DNA from: Amphiscolops sp. MND2022
Lineage: Eukaryota
Assembly: GCA_964187785.1 (NCBI GenBank)
Contig: OZ076409.1
Location: 51,400,001 to 51,464,000 of the forward strand
Reading direction: 5' to 3'
DNA length: 64,000 bases
Positions 34,296-48,243 of the stretch are shown in pieces. Within the stretch, counting starts at the first letter, position 1, and every line of letters starts with the position of its first letter. The notes below the pieces were generated by a model. That model saw nothing but the letters and a program-made list of their open reading frames with translations, did not search any database and had not been told where the DNA came from. The position numbers were made by a program, and so were the translations under genes.

Positions 34296-37200
34296 AAGTT
34301 ATTGTTGATAAACAAAGTCAAAACAAGTGTTACATGTATTTGCCAGTTACATACTAGTTTTGTTAAAAAACGGTTGTCCGAACAGAAATTCATTTTAGTA
34401 TCTCTTATTTTCTTAACCTTTGGTCTCAGAATAGAATAGAACAATAGATCAATTTTAAAAGGAATTTGTTTTGAATTATTTTCATCGGGTGTAGTTTTGC
34501 GCTTTGAAAGACAGCCACAATTGCTAGTTAAAATTGCAAGCAACATTTGAAACGTTCTGATCAAAACGTTCTGATTTCATTTTTCAAAACTGTCACTACT
34601 CTCAATACTTTGCCCTACAAATATTCGCAGTATTTTTGACCAAAAACAAATGGTTGTACTTCGAAGCATTTTTCGATGATCAATTTTAAGACATAATGCG
34701 ATTTAAGTGATGCGATGTAAGTGATAGGATCTTAAGTGCGTCTTTTTGATTCCTTTCAGCGAGAAAAGAGTTCTTTTTGCGTGTAACTTTCCTGAAAAAT
34801 ATTTAGCGGCACCATGTATTGTGAATAGGTTTGCTTTAAAAACTTGCGTATATTGCTTGGAGCTTTTCAAAAACACTAGAGAGATGCAATGATCAAATAT
34901 AGAGAGTTATGAAATATGTAATCTAAAATCAACAAATCATCAAAATCAACAATCAAAAGGTAAACAACTTTCAGTGAAAGAGTGCCGAAGATTCCAGTTC
35001 ATAAGATGCAGCCAATGATTGTAATCTCAGGAATACAAAGTGTGCAGCCTTCCTTCTTGCTGGTGATTTATACGGACCTATGTATCGGTGGCTTGATTTG
35101 TTTAAGTGCAGAGTTCTATTGAATTTTGATCTCAGCGTGAAAAAGAATTCAATATACAATCAAACCAAGTAAACTATTTGAAGAAGAGTACCTATGGGAT
35201 TGCTGTGCCCTGAGTTGAATTACCCTGGTTGAAACTGCTTGAACTTTTTGCATGTACTTTGCATGCCAGCAACTTTTATTACGATTTTCCAGAACTCCTA
35301 CGAAAACTTTCATGCAAAAACATTTCCCTGTTGTATTTAGCTTTTATCAAGCTGCTTCAAAGATTCATCAAAGTTTTGGCGGCACTTTTAAGCCCTGAAG
35401 TTTTGCAATTTTCATTAAGCTTAAGCAGTTGCTATCATCTTAAAAGCATATAAATTGCTATCAGTTTTACCGCAAATTTAATTCAAAATAACTTCAGCCG
35501 CGTTGTAAAATGCAAAATAGCGCCATGTTTAGCGTGCTCTTTGTGAAGCGATGATTACATCAGATGAGTAGTTGAGAAAACAAAGTGATCGTACATTTTG
35601 TACTAAACAAATACAAGGTGATCGTATCGATAAAGATGTGGAATTTATTTTCAAATTTAATTGCAGTAGTGGAAAAGGCAGTGTAGTTGTACACGACTTA
35701 CCGCCCGCAGTTCACTGAATTTTCTAGGTTTTATAAAAGATTACCCTGCATGCAGGCCTGCAGCATGCAAAAAGATCCTGCAGGTTCAACTAGGGAATGT
35801 AGGTTCACTAGTCGAGATTGTTCGAACTTTTCACATGCTGCATGGAAACATGCAAGCTAATTTTTTTTCAAAACAGGGAAAATTCCAAGAATTTGTCAGG
35901 AAAAACTTGTAGAATTACAAGGCAGCCTCCTATATTTGAATTAAAACTGAAAACACATCCACTTCTTCATCGCCGCGATCACTTTGTTTCCACGCGTAAA
36001 TTTCTCAAGTAAAAACCTGATGTAATCACCGTTAGTCAAAGAGCACACTGAATATAACGCTACTTTGAAACTTATAATAAGACTCAAGTTTAGTTGCATT
36101 GAAAGCTCGGTAAAATTGATGAAAGTCTCAGCAGTTTTCAAGGTTAGAACGGCGTCTTATTGAAACCTGCAAAACTTTGTGTCTCGGAAATGCCGCCACT
36201 TTTAGGATGCATCTTACAGGCTGTCACAGCCCAACAGGTGTGTGGGAATCGGCGAGCAACATTGAGAAGGTAAACAGAACCTGACAACCACTCAATTTTA
36301 GAAACTATTAATGTGACAACTTCGTTTGTTTTCATTCATTTCGTTGATGTCATGTTAATACAATGTTCATGGTCATTTTGTTGTTAAAGATGTAGTTTCC
36401 TCTTTTATGTGATACATTGGAACCTAGATTGCATTATAATTTGCAGTTTTGGATTTCATAATTATTTTGATGAATCACGTGTTCTAGGAATGAGGAATTA
36501 TGGAAAGCATCTCGTTTGATGCTATTCTGTAATTACACGTGCTAGCAATTGTGCAGTAATATACGTATTGAGATAGTAGAACTATACGTTGACATGCGTT
36601 TCGAGTGGAAGTGTTTACTAGTCATTATACGTCTTTTCCGCACAAGTATTTGTATGCGGCAACCTACGTTTTGATACATAACGAATATGGGTCATTATAC
36701 ACTTTTAGCTGTGCTTGTGTCAAGTTACCATTTAATGATGAACGATAGCAAGAATTCCATTCCTATCATATTTTGCACTCCTTTTCTAGGGTTTCGTAGG
36801 CTTAGACGTTACGCCTTTTGACCCTCATTCCCTAGGAATTCTGAACTATAAATAGATTGACGTCAAAGTGATGTGATTTTCTTTATAACAGTTTGAATAA
36901 TGACACTCATAAAAAATATGATCATGTTTTTTTATTTCAAAAGACAGTTTAGTTTTTACCGCTTTTTGCATAAAGTTACTGTTGATAAACAAACTCAAAA
37001 CAAGTGTTACATGTATTTGCCAGTTACATACTAGTTTTGTTAAAAAACGGTTGTCCGAACAGAAATTCATTTCAGTATCTCTTATTTTCTTAACCTTTGG
37101 TCTCAGAATAGAATAGAACAATAGATCAATTTTAAAAGGAATTTGTTTTGAATTATTTTCATCGGGTGTAGTTTTGCGCTTTGAAAGACAGCCACAATTG

Positions 37201-39630
37201 CTAGTTAAAATTGCAAGCAACATTTGAAACGTTCTGATCAAAACGTTCTGATTTCATTTTTCAAAACTGTCACTACTCTCAATACTTTGCCCTACAAATA
37301 TTCGCAGTATTTTTGACCAAAAACAAATGGTTGTACTTCGAAGCATTTTTCGATGATCAATTTTAAGACATAATGCGATTTAAGTGATGCGATGTAAGTG
37401 ATAGGATCTTAAGTGCGTCTTTTTGATTCCTTTCAGCGAGAAAAGAGTTCTTTTTGCGTGTAACTTTCCTGAAAAATATTTAGCGGCACCATGTATTGTG
37501 AATAGGTTTGCTTTAAAAACTTGCGTATATTGCTTGGAGCTTTTCAAAAACACTAGAGAGATGCAATGATCAAATATAGAGAGTTATGAAATATGTAATC
37601 TAAAATCAACAAATCATCAAAATCAACAATCAAAAGGTAAACAACTTTCAGTGAAAGAGTGCCGAAGATTCCAGTTCATAAGATGCAGCCAATGATTGTA
37701 ATCTCAGGAATACAAAGTGTGCAGCCTTCCTTCTTGCTGGTGATTTATACGGACCTATGTATCGGTGGCTTGATTTGTTTAAGTGCAGAGTTCTATTGAA
37801 TTTTGATCTCAGCGTGAAAAAGAATTCAATATACAATCAAACCAAGTAAACTATTTGAAGAAGAGTACCTATGGGATTGCTGTGCCCTGAGTTGAATTAC
37901 CCTGGTTGAAACTGCTTGAACTTTTTGCATGTACTTTGCATGCCAGCAACTTTTATTACGATTTTCCAGAACTCCTACGAAAACTTTCATGCAAAAATGT
38001 TTCCCTGTTGTATTTAGCTTTTATCAAGCTGCTTCAAAGATTCATCAAAGTTTCGACGGCACTTTTAAGCCCTGAAGTTTTGCAATTTTCATTAAGCTTA
38101 AGCAGTTGCTGTCATCTTAAAAGCGTATAAATTGCTATCAGTTTTACCGCAAATTTAATTCAAAATAACTTCAGCCGCGTTGTAAAATGCAAAATAGCGC
38201 CATGTTTAGCGTGCTCTTTGTGAAGCGATGATTACATCAGATGAGTAGTTGAGAAAACAAAGTGTATATACAAGGTGATCGTATCGATAAAGATGTGGAA
38301 TTTATTTTCAAATTTAATTGCAGTAGTGGAAAAGGTAGTGTAGTTGTACACGACTTACCGCCCGCAGTTCACTGAATTTTCTAGGTTTTATAAAAGATTA
38401 CCCTGCATGCAGGCCTGCAGCATGCAAAAAGATCCTGCAGGTTCAACTAGGGAATGTAGGTTCACTAGTCGAGATTGTTCGAACTTTTCACATGCTGCAT
38501 GGAAACATGCAAGCTAATTTTTTTTCAAAACAGGGAAAATTCCAAGAATTTGTCAGGAAAAACTTGTAGAATTACAAGGCAGCCTCCTATATTTGAATTA
38601 AAACTGAAAACACATCCACTTCTTCATCGCCGCGATCACTTTGTTTCCACGCGTAAATTTCTCAAGTAAAAACCTGATGTAATCACCGTTAGTCAAAGAG
38701 CACACTGAATATAACGCTACTTTGAAACTTATAATAAGACTCAAGTTTAGTTGCATTGAAAGCTCGGTAAAATTGATGAAAGTCTCAGCAGTTTTCAAGG
38801 TTAGAACGGCGTCTTATTGAAACCTACAAAACTTTGTGTCTCGGAAATGCCGCCAATTTTAGGATGCATCTTACAGGCTGTCACAGCCCAACAGGTGTGT
38901 GGGAATCGGCGAGCAACATTGAGAAGGTGAACAGAACCTGACAACAACTCAATTTTAGAAACTATTAATGTGACAACTTCGTTTGTTTTCATTCATTTCG
39001 TTGATGTCATGTTAATACAATGTTCATGATCATTTTGTTGTTAAAGATGTAGTTTCCTCTTTTATGTGATACATGGGAACCTAGATTGCATTATGATTTG
39101 CAGTTTTGGATTTCATAATTGTTTTGATGAATCACGTGTTCTAGGAATGAGGAATTATGGAAAGCATCTCGTTTGATGCTATTCTGTGATTACACGTGCT
39201 AGCAATTGTGCAGTAATATACGTATTGAGATAGTAGAACTATACGTTGACATGCGTTTCGAGTGGAAGTGTTTACTAGTCATTATACGTCTTTTCCGCAC
39301 AAGTATTTGTATGTGGCAACCTACGTTTTGATACATAACGAATATGGGTCATTATACACTTTTAGCTGTGCTTGTGTCAAGTTACCATTTAATGATGAAC
39401 GATAGCAAGAGTTCCATTCCTATCATATTTTGCACTCCTTTTCTAGGGTTTCGTAGGCTTAGACGTTACGCCTTTTGACCCTCATTCCCTAGGAATTCTG
39501 AACTATGAATAGATTGACGTCAAAGTGATGTGATTTTCTTTATAACAGTTTGAATAATGACACTCATAAAAAATATGATCATGTTTTTTTATTTCAAAAG
39601 ACAGTTTAGTTTTTACCGCTTTTTGCATAA
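34296..39630 (+). repeat. Tandem duplication: 34296-36973 and 36973-39630
   Basis: ORF pairs offset by 2677 then 2657 bp (20-bp deletion near 38260 in copy 2). Few substitutions. Confidence 0.95.
35223..36210. mobile_element. Adjacent copies of the CCCTGG-terminus MITE family (35223-35795, then partial 35806-36210); duplicated at ~37900-38870
   Basis: ccctggttgaaactgcttgaac ... gttcaactaggg. Clear similarity to 18301-18708. Confidence 0.7.
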
Positions 39631-39720
39631 CTTGAATCAACCTTCATACAATTCCGTCAACTTTTCCCTTAAAAGTCAACATTTTCCCTTTCTCAAAACC
39701 TCATTTCCTCTTGAGCAAGG

Positions 39721-40740
39721 ATGGGAAATAAGAGAAATAGACGGTCTAGAAGTCTAGAGACGCCGATCCCAGAGAGGGAGACAAACAATGCTCAGGTTGG
39801 AACACCTAATCCAGGTAATGAGACTTTAACTAATTTTAATGTTGATGTTCAAGAAGGTTTAGGTGATGGCAACTCAGAGAATCAACTAACTGAGCCTAGT
39901 CTCATCAGTAGCGAAATACAAGTTTGGACACAAAAGTTTGAACAAAAATGAATTACGATACATATGCCGAAAACTACTAGCAAGATGTTGCTAGTTCGAT
40001 TAACAACCAATAAAACGCGTTGTCATTGCAGATACGCGTTGCGAGTTTTGCTCGTTACACAGTGTGATTTGGCCTTACGCGTAGTGATCATAATACAGTA
40101 AATGACTACTTTCCACACTTCACAATTACGTACTTTGACTGATTTCCACTTCACAAATGAATAGAAGCATCGTTTGGAGTTATTTTTACTCACGGTGTGT
40201 ACCAAAAAGTGACAGGTTTCCACTCCTCTCTAAATACGTACGCTCAATGATCACATATCGCAAATTCTGATTACACTGTTCATCATAATCCGTGATGAAC
40301 TTGATGCACTCTTTGACTAGAATACAGTTCACTCTCGTTTCACGGAAAATACACTTTACACTTGACGAAAAATTCCACCTTTGCGGCATATGTATCGTAA
40401 TGAGCAACGACGGAATGGCGAAAATAAGAGAAGAGATGGATAACAAATTAGAAAATTTTCTGAAGGCGTCTTAAGACGAAAACGCATCAACAGTCAAAAG
40501 CCCTAGGTCTGAAACAATAGAAACTCAAAATTCACAACCTTCGGGATCCAAGACAGATAGGTCTGTAGGGGTTCGCGCATCGAATACTGAAAAGTCGGAT
40601 TCAGAAGACGAGGATTATCTTCTCAGACCGTCTGACATGAAAGATTTGAGACATCCTGCCAAACCTCTGTATTGAAGTGAGTTGGGTGTAGACGCAACAG
40701 TAGATTCAAATGAGGACTCAGAGGAGGAAGATTATCCCAA
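39721..40740 (+). pseudogene. Truncated gag N-terminus of a second Gypsy family, split by a MITE
   Basis: MGNKRNRRSRSLETP...VWTQKFEQK resumes after the insertion as SNDGMAKIREEMDNKLE (compare ISREMDEMM in the main gag). Ends at another MITE. Confidence 0.55.
39952..40401. mobile_element. 450-bp MITE with perfect 18-bp TIRs
   Basis: attacgatacatatgccg ... cggcatatgtatcgtaat, with GA on both flanks. Confidence 0.85.
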
Positions 40741-41425
40741 GTCGAACCTGCCGGAAAATTTTCCATGTTGCATCCATACATGCATTCTAAATTTTTGATA
40801 AACATAGAAAATACTGAAAGCACGCATGGAGAAAGTTTGTAGGATTACAATACAGCTTCCACTATTTCATTTAAAACTGAAAACAAATCAACTTCTTCAA
40901 CGCCGCGATCATTTTGTTTTCACGCGTAAGTTTCTCAAAGTAAGTACTTCGTGTAATCACCGTTAGTCAAGTAGCACGCTGAATATGACGCAACTTTGAA
41001 ACTTATAATGTGACTGAATTCTATTTGCATTGAAATTGCGGTAAAATTTATTGAGGTCACAGCTGCTTTCAAAATTAGAATCGCTTCTTGATGGATCCTT
41101 CAAAACTTCGTTTCTTAGAATTGCCGCCAAATTTAGGATGCATCTTTTAGGCAGCTTGACAAAATTTAAGTGAATCAGTGAAACTTTAATGCATGGAAGT
41201 CTCCTTGAGAATTCTATAAAATCATGAAAAATAGCTTGGTAACCTACAAAAACTTGTAAAAAGTTCAAGCAGTTTCAACGAGGGATCACATAGGCAGCTT
41301 GATAAAATTAAATCGAATCAGTGAAGTTTTGATGCATGGACTTTTAGAATTTTATAAAATCATGGAAGATTAGCTTGATAACCTACAAAAACATGTAAAA
41401 AGTTCAAGCAGTTCCAACCAGGGGA
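40740..41425. mobile_element. Further partial copies of the CCCTGG-terminus MITE
   Basis: Two ends, aagcagtttcaacgaggg (~41284) and aagcagttccaaccaggg (~41423). Internal similarity to 18330-18708 and 29100-29238. Confidence 0.75.
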
Positions 41426-42049
41426 TCGAAAATTGTGAAAATTATCTAGGATCGAATTAAGACTTGATTTTATCTAGGATCGAAAGAAGGGAAAATTTCA
41501 TTCATATTATACCATTGCTATAGTGCCCTCTAAAATTCGATTCTAAATAATTCGACCCTGGAAACTTCAGTTGCAATTTTTGATTCTAAATAATTCGACT
41601 CTGGTGAGGCAAGTCATACCTATCACCTAAAGTAACTTTATTCAATTAGAAAAAAAAGCAAACCTGTTTTCGCAATTCGGCAATCGAATGCGTTGTATTC
41701 GTTCAGTTTCGTTATTTGAACACCTTTTTGTTCTTCGCCGAGGTAGGGATATCAAAAATATTTCCAATCAGCCTGAGTAAAGAGTTTTTTGCACAAACGA
41801 TTCATTCGTATGAATAGCTTGTCTTATAAGCATCGAGTATTATAAGCTTTCTGCTAATTTATGGTGATTGCGAGCTTTTTAGGCCCCTATAGTCAATGAA
41901 AGTTCAATGAATGAGTCTTTTGATTCAATATGACCTGATAAGCGATTCTACTAGCACCTCAATTAATTGCTGCTGTTGCAAACCATTCCCCCATTTTGGT
42001 TCCCACTTGTGAATATCAGGAAATACTAAAAATAAAATTATAACTTTTA

Positions 42050-42691
42050 CACTTTGCAATTCATTTTCAGCCAATTGGTTTTTGATACTCCTACTTTCTC
42101 CAACATTGGCTATCTCTATAAGTGCATTTTTGTACTCAGCTGAGGTACAAAATTCTTTCAGCTTGCTCGTCCGTGATGTTGCTCGTTGCTCTGTTGTCAT
42201 TGGCTGCTCGCGGTCAATGTCATAATCCTTGTGAAGTGGAAACTGTTTTTGGATCTTTTTAGGAACACGGGATAGCAATTCGGTTGGAATTTTACCTGAA
42301 AAGATTTTTGGAAAGTAATTTTCCGATGAAATCTACAGAAGTGCCAATCCTTTCAAATTTAGTAAAGAGTTGTTTTTGAGACTTGAGTTTTTTAAAGTTT
42401 ATATTAATTATTCTTTTATACTGCACATTATATATACTTAGCTAGCTTAACTACTATACGGTACTTACTGATTACATTGGCGTTTCCAGCGTAACTTCCA
42501 GCTGGTTCTTTTCGTTCCATATTTTGACTTGTTTCTGGTCCAGGTACAACCACAGCAAATTTTGGTAGCCTATTTTTTGGCTCCACGTTTTGATAGAAAG
42601 GCACCAGTTCCCCATAAATAAGCAAAAGTGTTATCAGAAATGGGGAAAATAAGGCGAAAGATACTTTCAAGCAAATATTTATTGCCTTCAT
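42050..42691 (-). CDS. Probable 5' exons of a Golgi type II membrane protein, likely sulfotransferase paralogue A: exon 42469-42691 (signal anchor) and exon starting at 42295 (stem; 3' end uncertain)
   Basis: MKAINICLKVSFALFSPFLITLLLIY hydrophobic anchor. GTAAGT donor at 42468 (phase 1) matches ttttcag acceptor at 42296 (phase 1). RTSKLKEFC resembles the CHST stem R..L..C motif. Confidence 0.55.
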
Positions 42692-45394
42692 CAGCAGTTC
42701 TGCTTCTTTTCTCTTGGCTGTTTTTAATGGCGAAAATGTCTGAAATCAAATCCAAGTGAAAGCTATATGCACCATCGCAAGTAGTATGCGATTCTAACAA
42801 CAGCTAAGTACCGGTATGTTTTTTGTAGTTTTTTCTATGTGAACTGTATGTTTTTCGATGCCGCTGATCTGAAATCATTTTTGATTGTAAAAGAAGTATG
42901 CTCTAGCTCCCATGTTAAAACAGTTAGCTTTTATTTATTATATATAATGATATACATTTATTATATTACCATTACAGTTGTCGCGTTAAACCACTTGTTG
43001 ATACCTGAATGCATTTTAATTTGGCAACCAACAAAAAAATGGTAAGTATTTGATGCCACGAAGCATTATGGTTCGAAGCCATTTTGCGGCAGCAGACGAT
43101 GCACCTACAGACACTAAGTTTTTATTTATGGAGCTGTCAATTTGGTACATCAGCAACCCTATTGGGAAAAGGTTTTTTGGTAATTAACTTGTTAACAGTT
43201 GGAAAGTCTGTGAAATCTTCATCAAAATTTTACACGATAATGAAGACTTCAATTATTAGCAATTCCACGGAAATAATATAATTCGTATTAGGTGGCCGCT
43301 ATTAACGCTAATTGACCAGGGATGCTTTTGCAAATTTAATTGGAAATTTTGAATGCTTAATATCTCCAAAACTACGCATACCGGAGAAATGAATTATATC
43401 GCCTTGGAAATAACTGTAGTTTTCTTCGCACTGGATAACGAAAAGAGTAGTCCCTTAGCGTTTTCGCTCGAACTATTTTACATTCCAATGTTGTCGGTAG
43501 ATATTTGTTTGGGGCTTCAGATCGAAGTTGTCTTTATAACTCCATCAAAATTTCTCCGAAATACAATTCAAAGACCGATGAAACTCCATTTTCTCTCAAT
43601 CTATATGTTATGGATTCCATTTTGTGCTTTAAAAAATTGCTCTCATGATTCTTTTTTGTACGGTTTCGATTTTGCGCAAGTTTGTTTTCGCAGTTTGGGG
43701 TGATCCTTGTTGTCTCTTTTCCAAATTGCAGAAGAAATTGAGCAAGTCAGTACTGGTCAGCATATAATCCAAAATATTTTGATATCATAATTGTTGTAGT
43801 TACAATTCAGCATTCGATACCGCTAACCAAATCAACCGAGGTTTAATTGAGGTCTTTCCAATATAAAATTTTACCCCACTAAAGCGCTATTTGCCACTTT
43901 CCGGGCTGTAGTTTCAATCAACAGATATCCTTCGAATTGTTAGACGGACATGTTGTGTTGTCTTCAACAGTCGTCCATGTTTCTGTCGGTGCTGTAATGC
44001 CCGGTTTCTGATCGAGCACTTAGATCTTAATTTCATCAAAATGGAAGCTTACACATCTCACATTCGGACCTAGAATGAAAACTAAGTTTTACTTTTCTGC
44101 CAGTGTTTGTTTCTTACAAGTATATTTGAAAATTGAACGTTTTCATTTCAAGAGTTTCCTAGGAAGGATTGCGAGCAATCTGAACAACATGTTACTTGCG
44201 CTGAAGGTAACAAATATCAATAATTTTTAGTCAGCACTTCATGAAGTGAAACGCGACTATACTAGTCGCTTTTTCAATCCACACGAACAGACCAAAAAAT
44301 TTCTCAAAAAGTTCTACATTACTTTAGGGTGTCAAATTGGACCGTTTGCCTCAAGGAACTTAACCAAAAAGGTTGTTCCTTTTTTCAGCGCAAGATACAA
44401 TACCGGACGAGACAAAAAGGTCTCTCTTTTTAGTTTTTTTCGGCATTGTGACACTTTTTTCAAAAACCTTTTTCTCACCAAAGAGACCCCCCAATGGTAC
44501 AGCAAAACCAAATGCTTAACATTTGAAATCTTTTCATTACGGGGCCAAAGTGGGAAATGTTCAATTTTTCAAGCATCAAGAAAAGTGGTAGTTTAACGCA
44601 GATTCTTGAACTTTGAACTTCAAAGGAATTGTTTATGCCGCCTATAAAAGTCAAGAATTGAGAAAACAATAGTGCGCATGTATTTCCACTTGTTTCAAGA
44701 ATCGAGAAAAAAACATTCGAGAATCTAGACACTAATTTTAATACATGGAGACAATGTATTAACATTAGTTTGTCGATTCTCGAAATTTTGTCGATTCTTG
44801 AAAATTTTGTCGATTCTTGAAAATTTTATTGTTTCTTGGAAATTGTCTGAACTCTAAGAAAATTTTCCCGAATTCTTGTTCAAATGTTACAATAGTGAAT
44901 TTTATTGATCAGTTGATATTTATTTATCCATCAAGTCAACGGAAGTCAATCAATGTTAAAATTTCAATAAAGGTTTACAAAGATTGCTCAGGTTAAATTG
45001 TTCTGAACCAGCTAGATTCTAAGGTGCTAAACTATTTTATTTGAGAATTTTACTAGATTTTTTGAATGAATAATTTAATTTATTGCAGCAAAGATTTTTT
45101 TCTCAACCAAGAGTACTTCCATCTTAGCTCTTTACTTCGTTACTTGTCAAAAGCTACTTGTCAAAAATTCTAAACAAAAAGCAAAATTGAATTGACATCG
45201 AGACTTTCAAAGAATTAATAAATAATTCAAAGTTTGCTGTTTTTGAGCCTCAGATATGGCGCTGACTTAATGCCGTTCCCGACTTGTTGCAACTATCTTC
45301 TACCATTATATCAGTTGAACAATAACAGAAACTCGAATGTTTAGCTCCGGTTGATGGAAGTATTTCAATATGTTCCTATTTTTTGAAGGTGTTA

Positions 45395-46548
45395 TTTTTA
45401 GTCGGCGCCTTTTCCCTTAGGGAAAAAAGCCCGACTATTACAGTGAGTAGTTTTTTTTCAGTTGACAATCTCACTGTGAGTGGTCCACTTTCTACAATTT
45501 GTTCATTTGTTCAACTTCGACCATTTTTCTTAACCCGGAGAGCGTAGGTTCTATTCTCGCACTAAACCATAAATTTTTTTATGCTTCCAAAAGTACAAAT
45601 GAGAGCAAAGGGTCCTTCTTTGGGTTTTTTCGGCACTATGCGACTTTTTTCGAGAACTTTCGATTTTAATCAAAGGGTACCACTTGAATTTTTTTGAAGT
45701 TTTAGGTTTGTAAAAAACGTTTATTGAGCCTAAATGACCTCTTCTTGGGTTTTTCGGCATTGTGCGACTTTCTTAATTAAATGCTTTTTTTGAAAAAAAA
45801 ATTTCCAAATTTTTCCAATAGTTGTTCCTTGAATATTTTTGAGCCTTAGATATGGCGCCGACTTGGGACCTTCGAGTCTTGTTTCCTCTATTCTACCACG
45901 ATTCAATTCTATACTGAATAAAGATGTTTATTATAGTTTGGGAATAACTTGAGTGAGTCTAAAGTCGGCTCTATATCTAAGGCTCAAAAAGCGCAAAGGT
46001 TTTGAAATTGTAGAAGGGGGAACCGTTTGGGTTTTTTGAAAATCCAGATTGTTCCAATACACCAAAAAAGTGAGGAAAGGACCCTTTGGAAACAAAAATA
46101 GCGAGAAAAAAAACGAAAAATGACACTTTTAATACAGTCTCATAGTGCCAGAAAGTTAGAAAGGGAGACCATTCGGGCTTTTTGAAACTTCAGTTTGGTG
46201 CATAGTAAAAAATACTTGAAGGGGACCCTTTGCGGACAAACAAATTCCGTTGCATAAGTGAAGGGGGACCTTTAAGTGCATTACAAAACATTTCGAAAAA
46301 TGTCTCATAGTGCCGGAAAAAATCTAAATGAAAAACACCAAGATAGCCAAAAGGGGATCCCTTGTATGTTTTCGAGGATCTGGACGTCGGTTCTTTGTTT
46401 TGAATGAGTTTATGACGTTTCTTGTAAATATTGAACGTCCGTCGTTCAAGTTGTTGTTGTTGAACAAATGAACAAAAAAGTGGACCTTACGTGTCGATAA
46501 AAACTACCCACTGTAAGAATCGAGCACTTCAAAAGCGCCAACTAAAAA
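45395..46548. mobile_element. Two divergently oriented Helentron/DINE-like copies (45395-45883 minus, ~45955-46548 plus)
   Basis: Same termini as 33097-33698: gtcggcgccttttccc ttagggaaaaaagcccgact hairpin and gagccttagatatggcgccgactt. Confidence 0.55.
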
Positions 46549-47879
46549 TATGTCCATCGTGAAAGAAAAATTTTCTGGAAACATTTCTCAAACTGGATAT
46601 TTGAAAAATTGTTACGATGTTTTTGGATATTTTCCTTTGGATATTAACCTTTAGATGTCCTATGGTAAATAAAGTAACCTTTGGTGTCCTTTGGATAAAA
46701 CTAATGCAGAGTGCATTTGAAAAACTATTCGGGTTTTTTTCAGAAACGACAGGTTTATTCGTAGGCTCTTGACTGTTTTTGCATACAAAGTGCCGAAACA
46801 AATTTAATTGTGGGAACCTTTAGTCTCGCCCGGTTTTGTATGTAACGTCAGAAAAAGAAAAAATAAAGGGGTCACTTTGCACTTACTTAAATGCATTGCC
46901 GATGTATGAGATGAGGTTCCGATGATATTTGTGTAGTTGAACAAACTGAACAAAAATTTCGTCGCGTCGGGTCTGTCGTACAGAAAAAAAACGTATGACT
47001 GTAATAGTCGGGCTCTTTTATTAACATAAATGCCCACTGAAAAAAGACCCATATGGTGAACGATGTGATCTCTAATCTAATGGTCAATACTCTTACAAGT
47101 GTTTGGTAGTTTATCTAATTAAATAGGTATTTCACTAATAAAAAGGCAATGTTGCTAGATGTCACTCAAACAACATTGATAATCAAAATTGTTTTTTTTT
47201 CGTTTGTCTTTTGTTGAACACTGCCACTCTCGTCTTTCGATACTTGGTGGTCCCTTCTTCTGATACATGATAACATAAAAACTCATTAGCTCAGATTCCT
47301 TTTTTATATAGTTGTCTTCGGCTGATGAATTCTCACACACATCAGGTTCTTCTCTTCCACAAATCACCACCGGATTATCAAAGTAGTTCGGTGCTTTCAG
47401 TTCTTATTTTTTTGGTCTGTCGGGTGTCGAGCTTGCTTGGTCACTTTCTTCGGACTTTGTCTCATTTTTCGGTTTTGTTTCTCTTTTCTCCCATGACACT
47501 GTTGTTTGTATATGTGTCGTTTTGTTCTTTCATCGCCATTATTTCTCATCTCCGTCCGTTTTTGCTTTTTGCTTTGGTCCAGATATTTTGGCTGGTTTTT
47601 CACTTCTGACCTGATTGGCTGCATTTTTGTCTTGGCACTTTATTGTCATCACTGTTTGTTGGCGTTATACTTTCTTTATTTTTCAGCGTTGCTTTTGTCA
47701 CATCGTGATTGCTGTATTTCGTGGGCGTAGCTCCTTTGATTTCGCTCAGCGTTCTGTATCAGCCGACTCATCTGCACTTTTCCTCTTTTCCTCTTGTATA
47801 GGCGATCCAATTTAGTAGCCCGTGTTCTTTATCGTACAAAGATCAGCCAATCCTGATCTTATTTCCAGCTCAAAGTCAA

Positions 47880-48126
47880 GGTCGTTATCTGAAACATTGT
47901 AGTGATTCCGTGGTCTAATAGGTGATAATGTCGTTTAAAGTAGTTAGTTTTCGATTGGTTTGTAGTTCTGCTGAAGAAATTTGATTTGTTTTATGGTGCC
48001 TTGAAGGCACCATAAAATAAATCAAATTTCTCCAGCAGAACTACAAACCAATCGAAAACTAACTAATTTAAACGACATTATCACTTATTAGACCACGGAA
48101 TCACTACAATGTTTCAGATAACGACC
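47880..48126. repeat. Near-perfect palindrome, 123-bp arms, 1-nt loop at 48003
   Basis: ggtcgttatctgaaac...atggtgcctt G aaggcaccat...gtttcagataacgacc, with a few mismatches. Confidence 0.95.
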
Positions 48127-48136
48127 ATAAAAGAAG

Positions 48137-48243
48137 GTTCTAGAAAAGAATGCGACAGGCCTGTCACAACCGCTGTACGCATTGAGAAAGTTTCTCAATG
48201 CGTACAGCTGTTGTGACAGGCCTGTCGTATTCTTTTCTAGAAC
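48137..48243. repeat. Near-perfect palindrome, 53-bp arms, 1-nt loop at 48190
   Basis: gttctagaaaagaat...cattgagaaa G tttctcaatg...attcttttctagaac. Confidence 0.95.

Noticed and set aside
34970..35172. Possible Cys-containing plus-strand exon (DCNLRNTKCAAF..)
   Set aside because: In-frame stop just upstream and no consistent splice partners.
44769..44830. CRISPR-like repeats (ttgtcgattcttgaaaatt x3)
   Set aside because: Head-to-tail minisatellite without spacers, in eukaryotic context.
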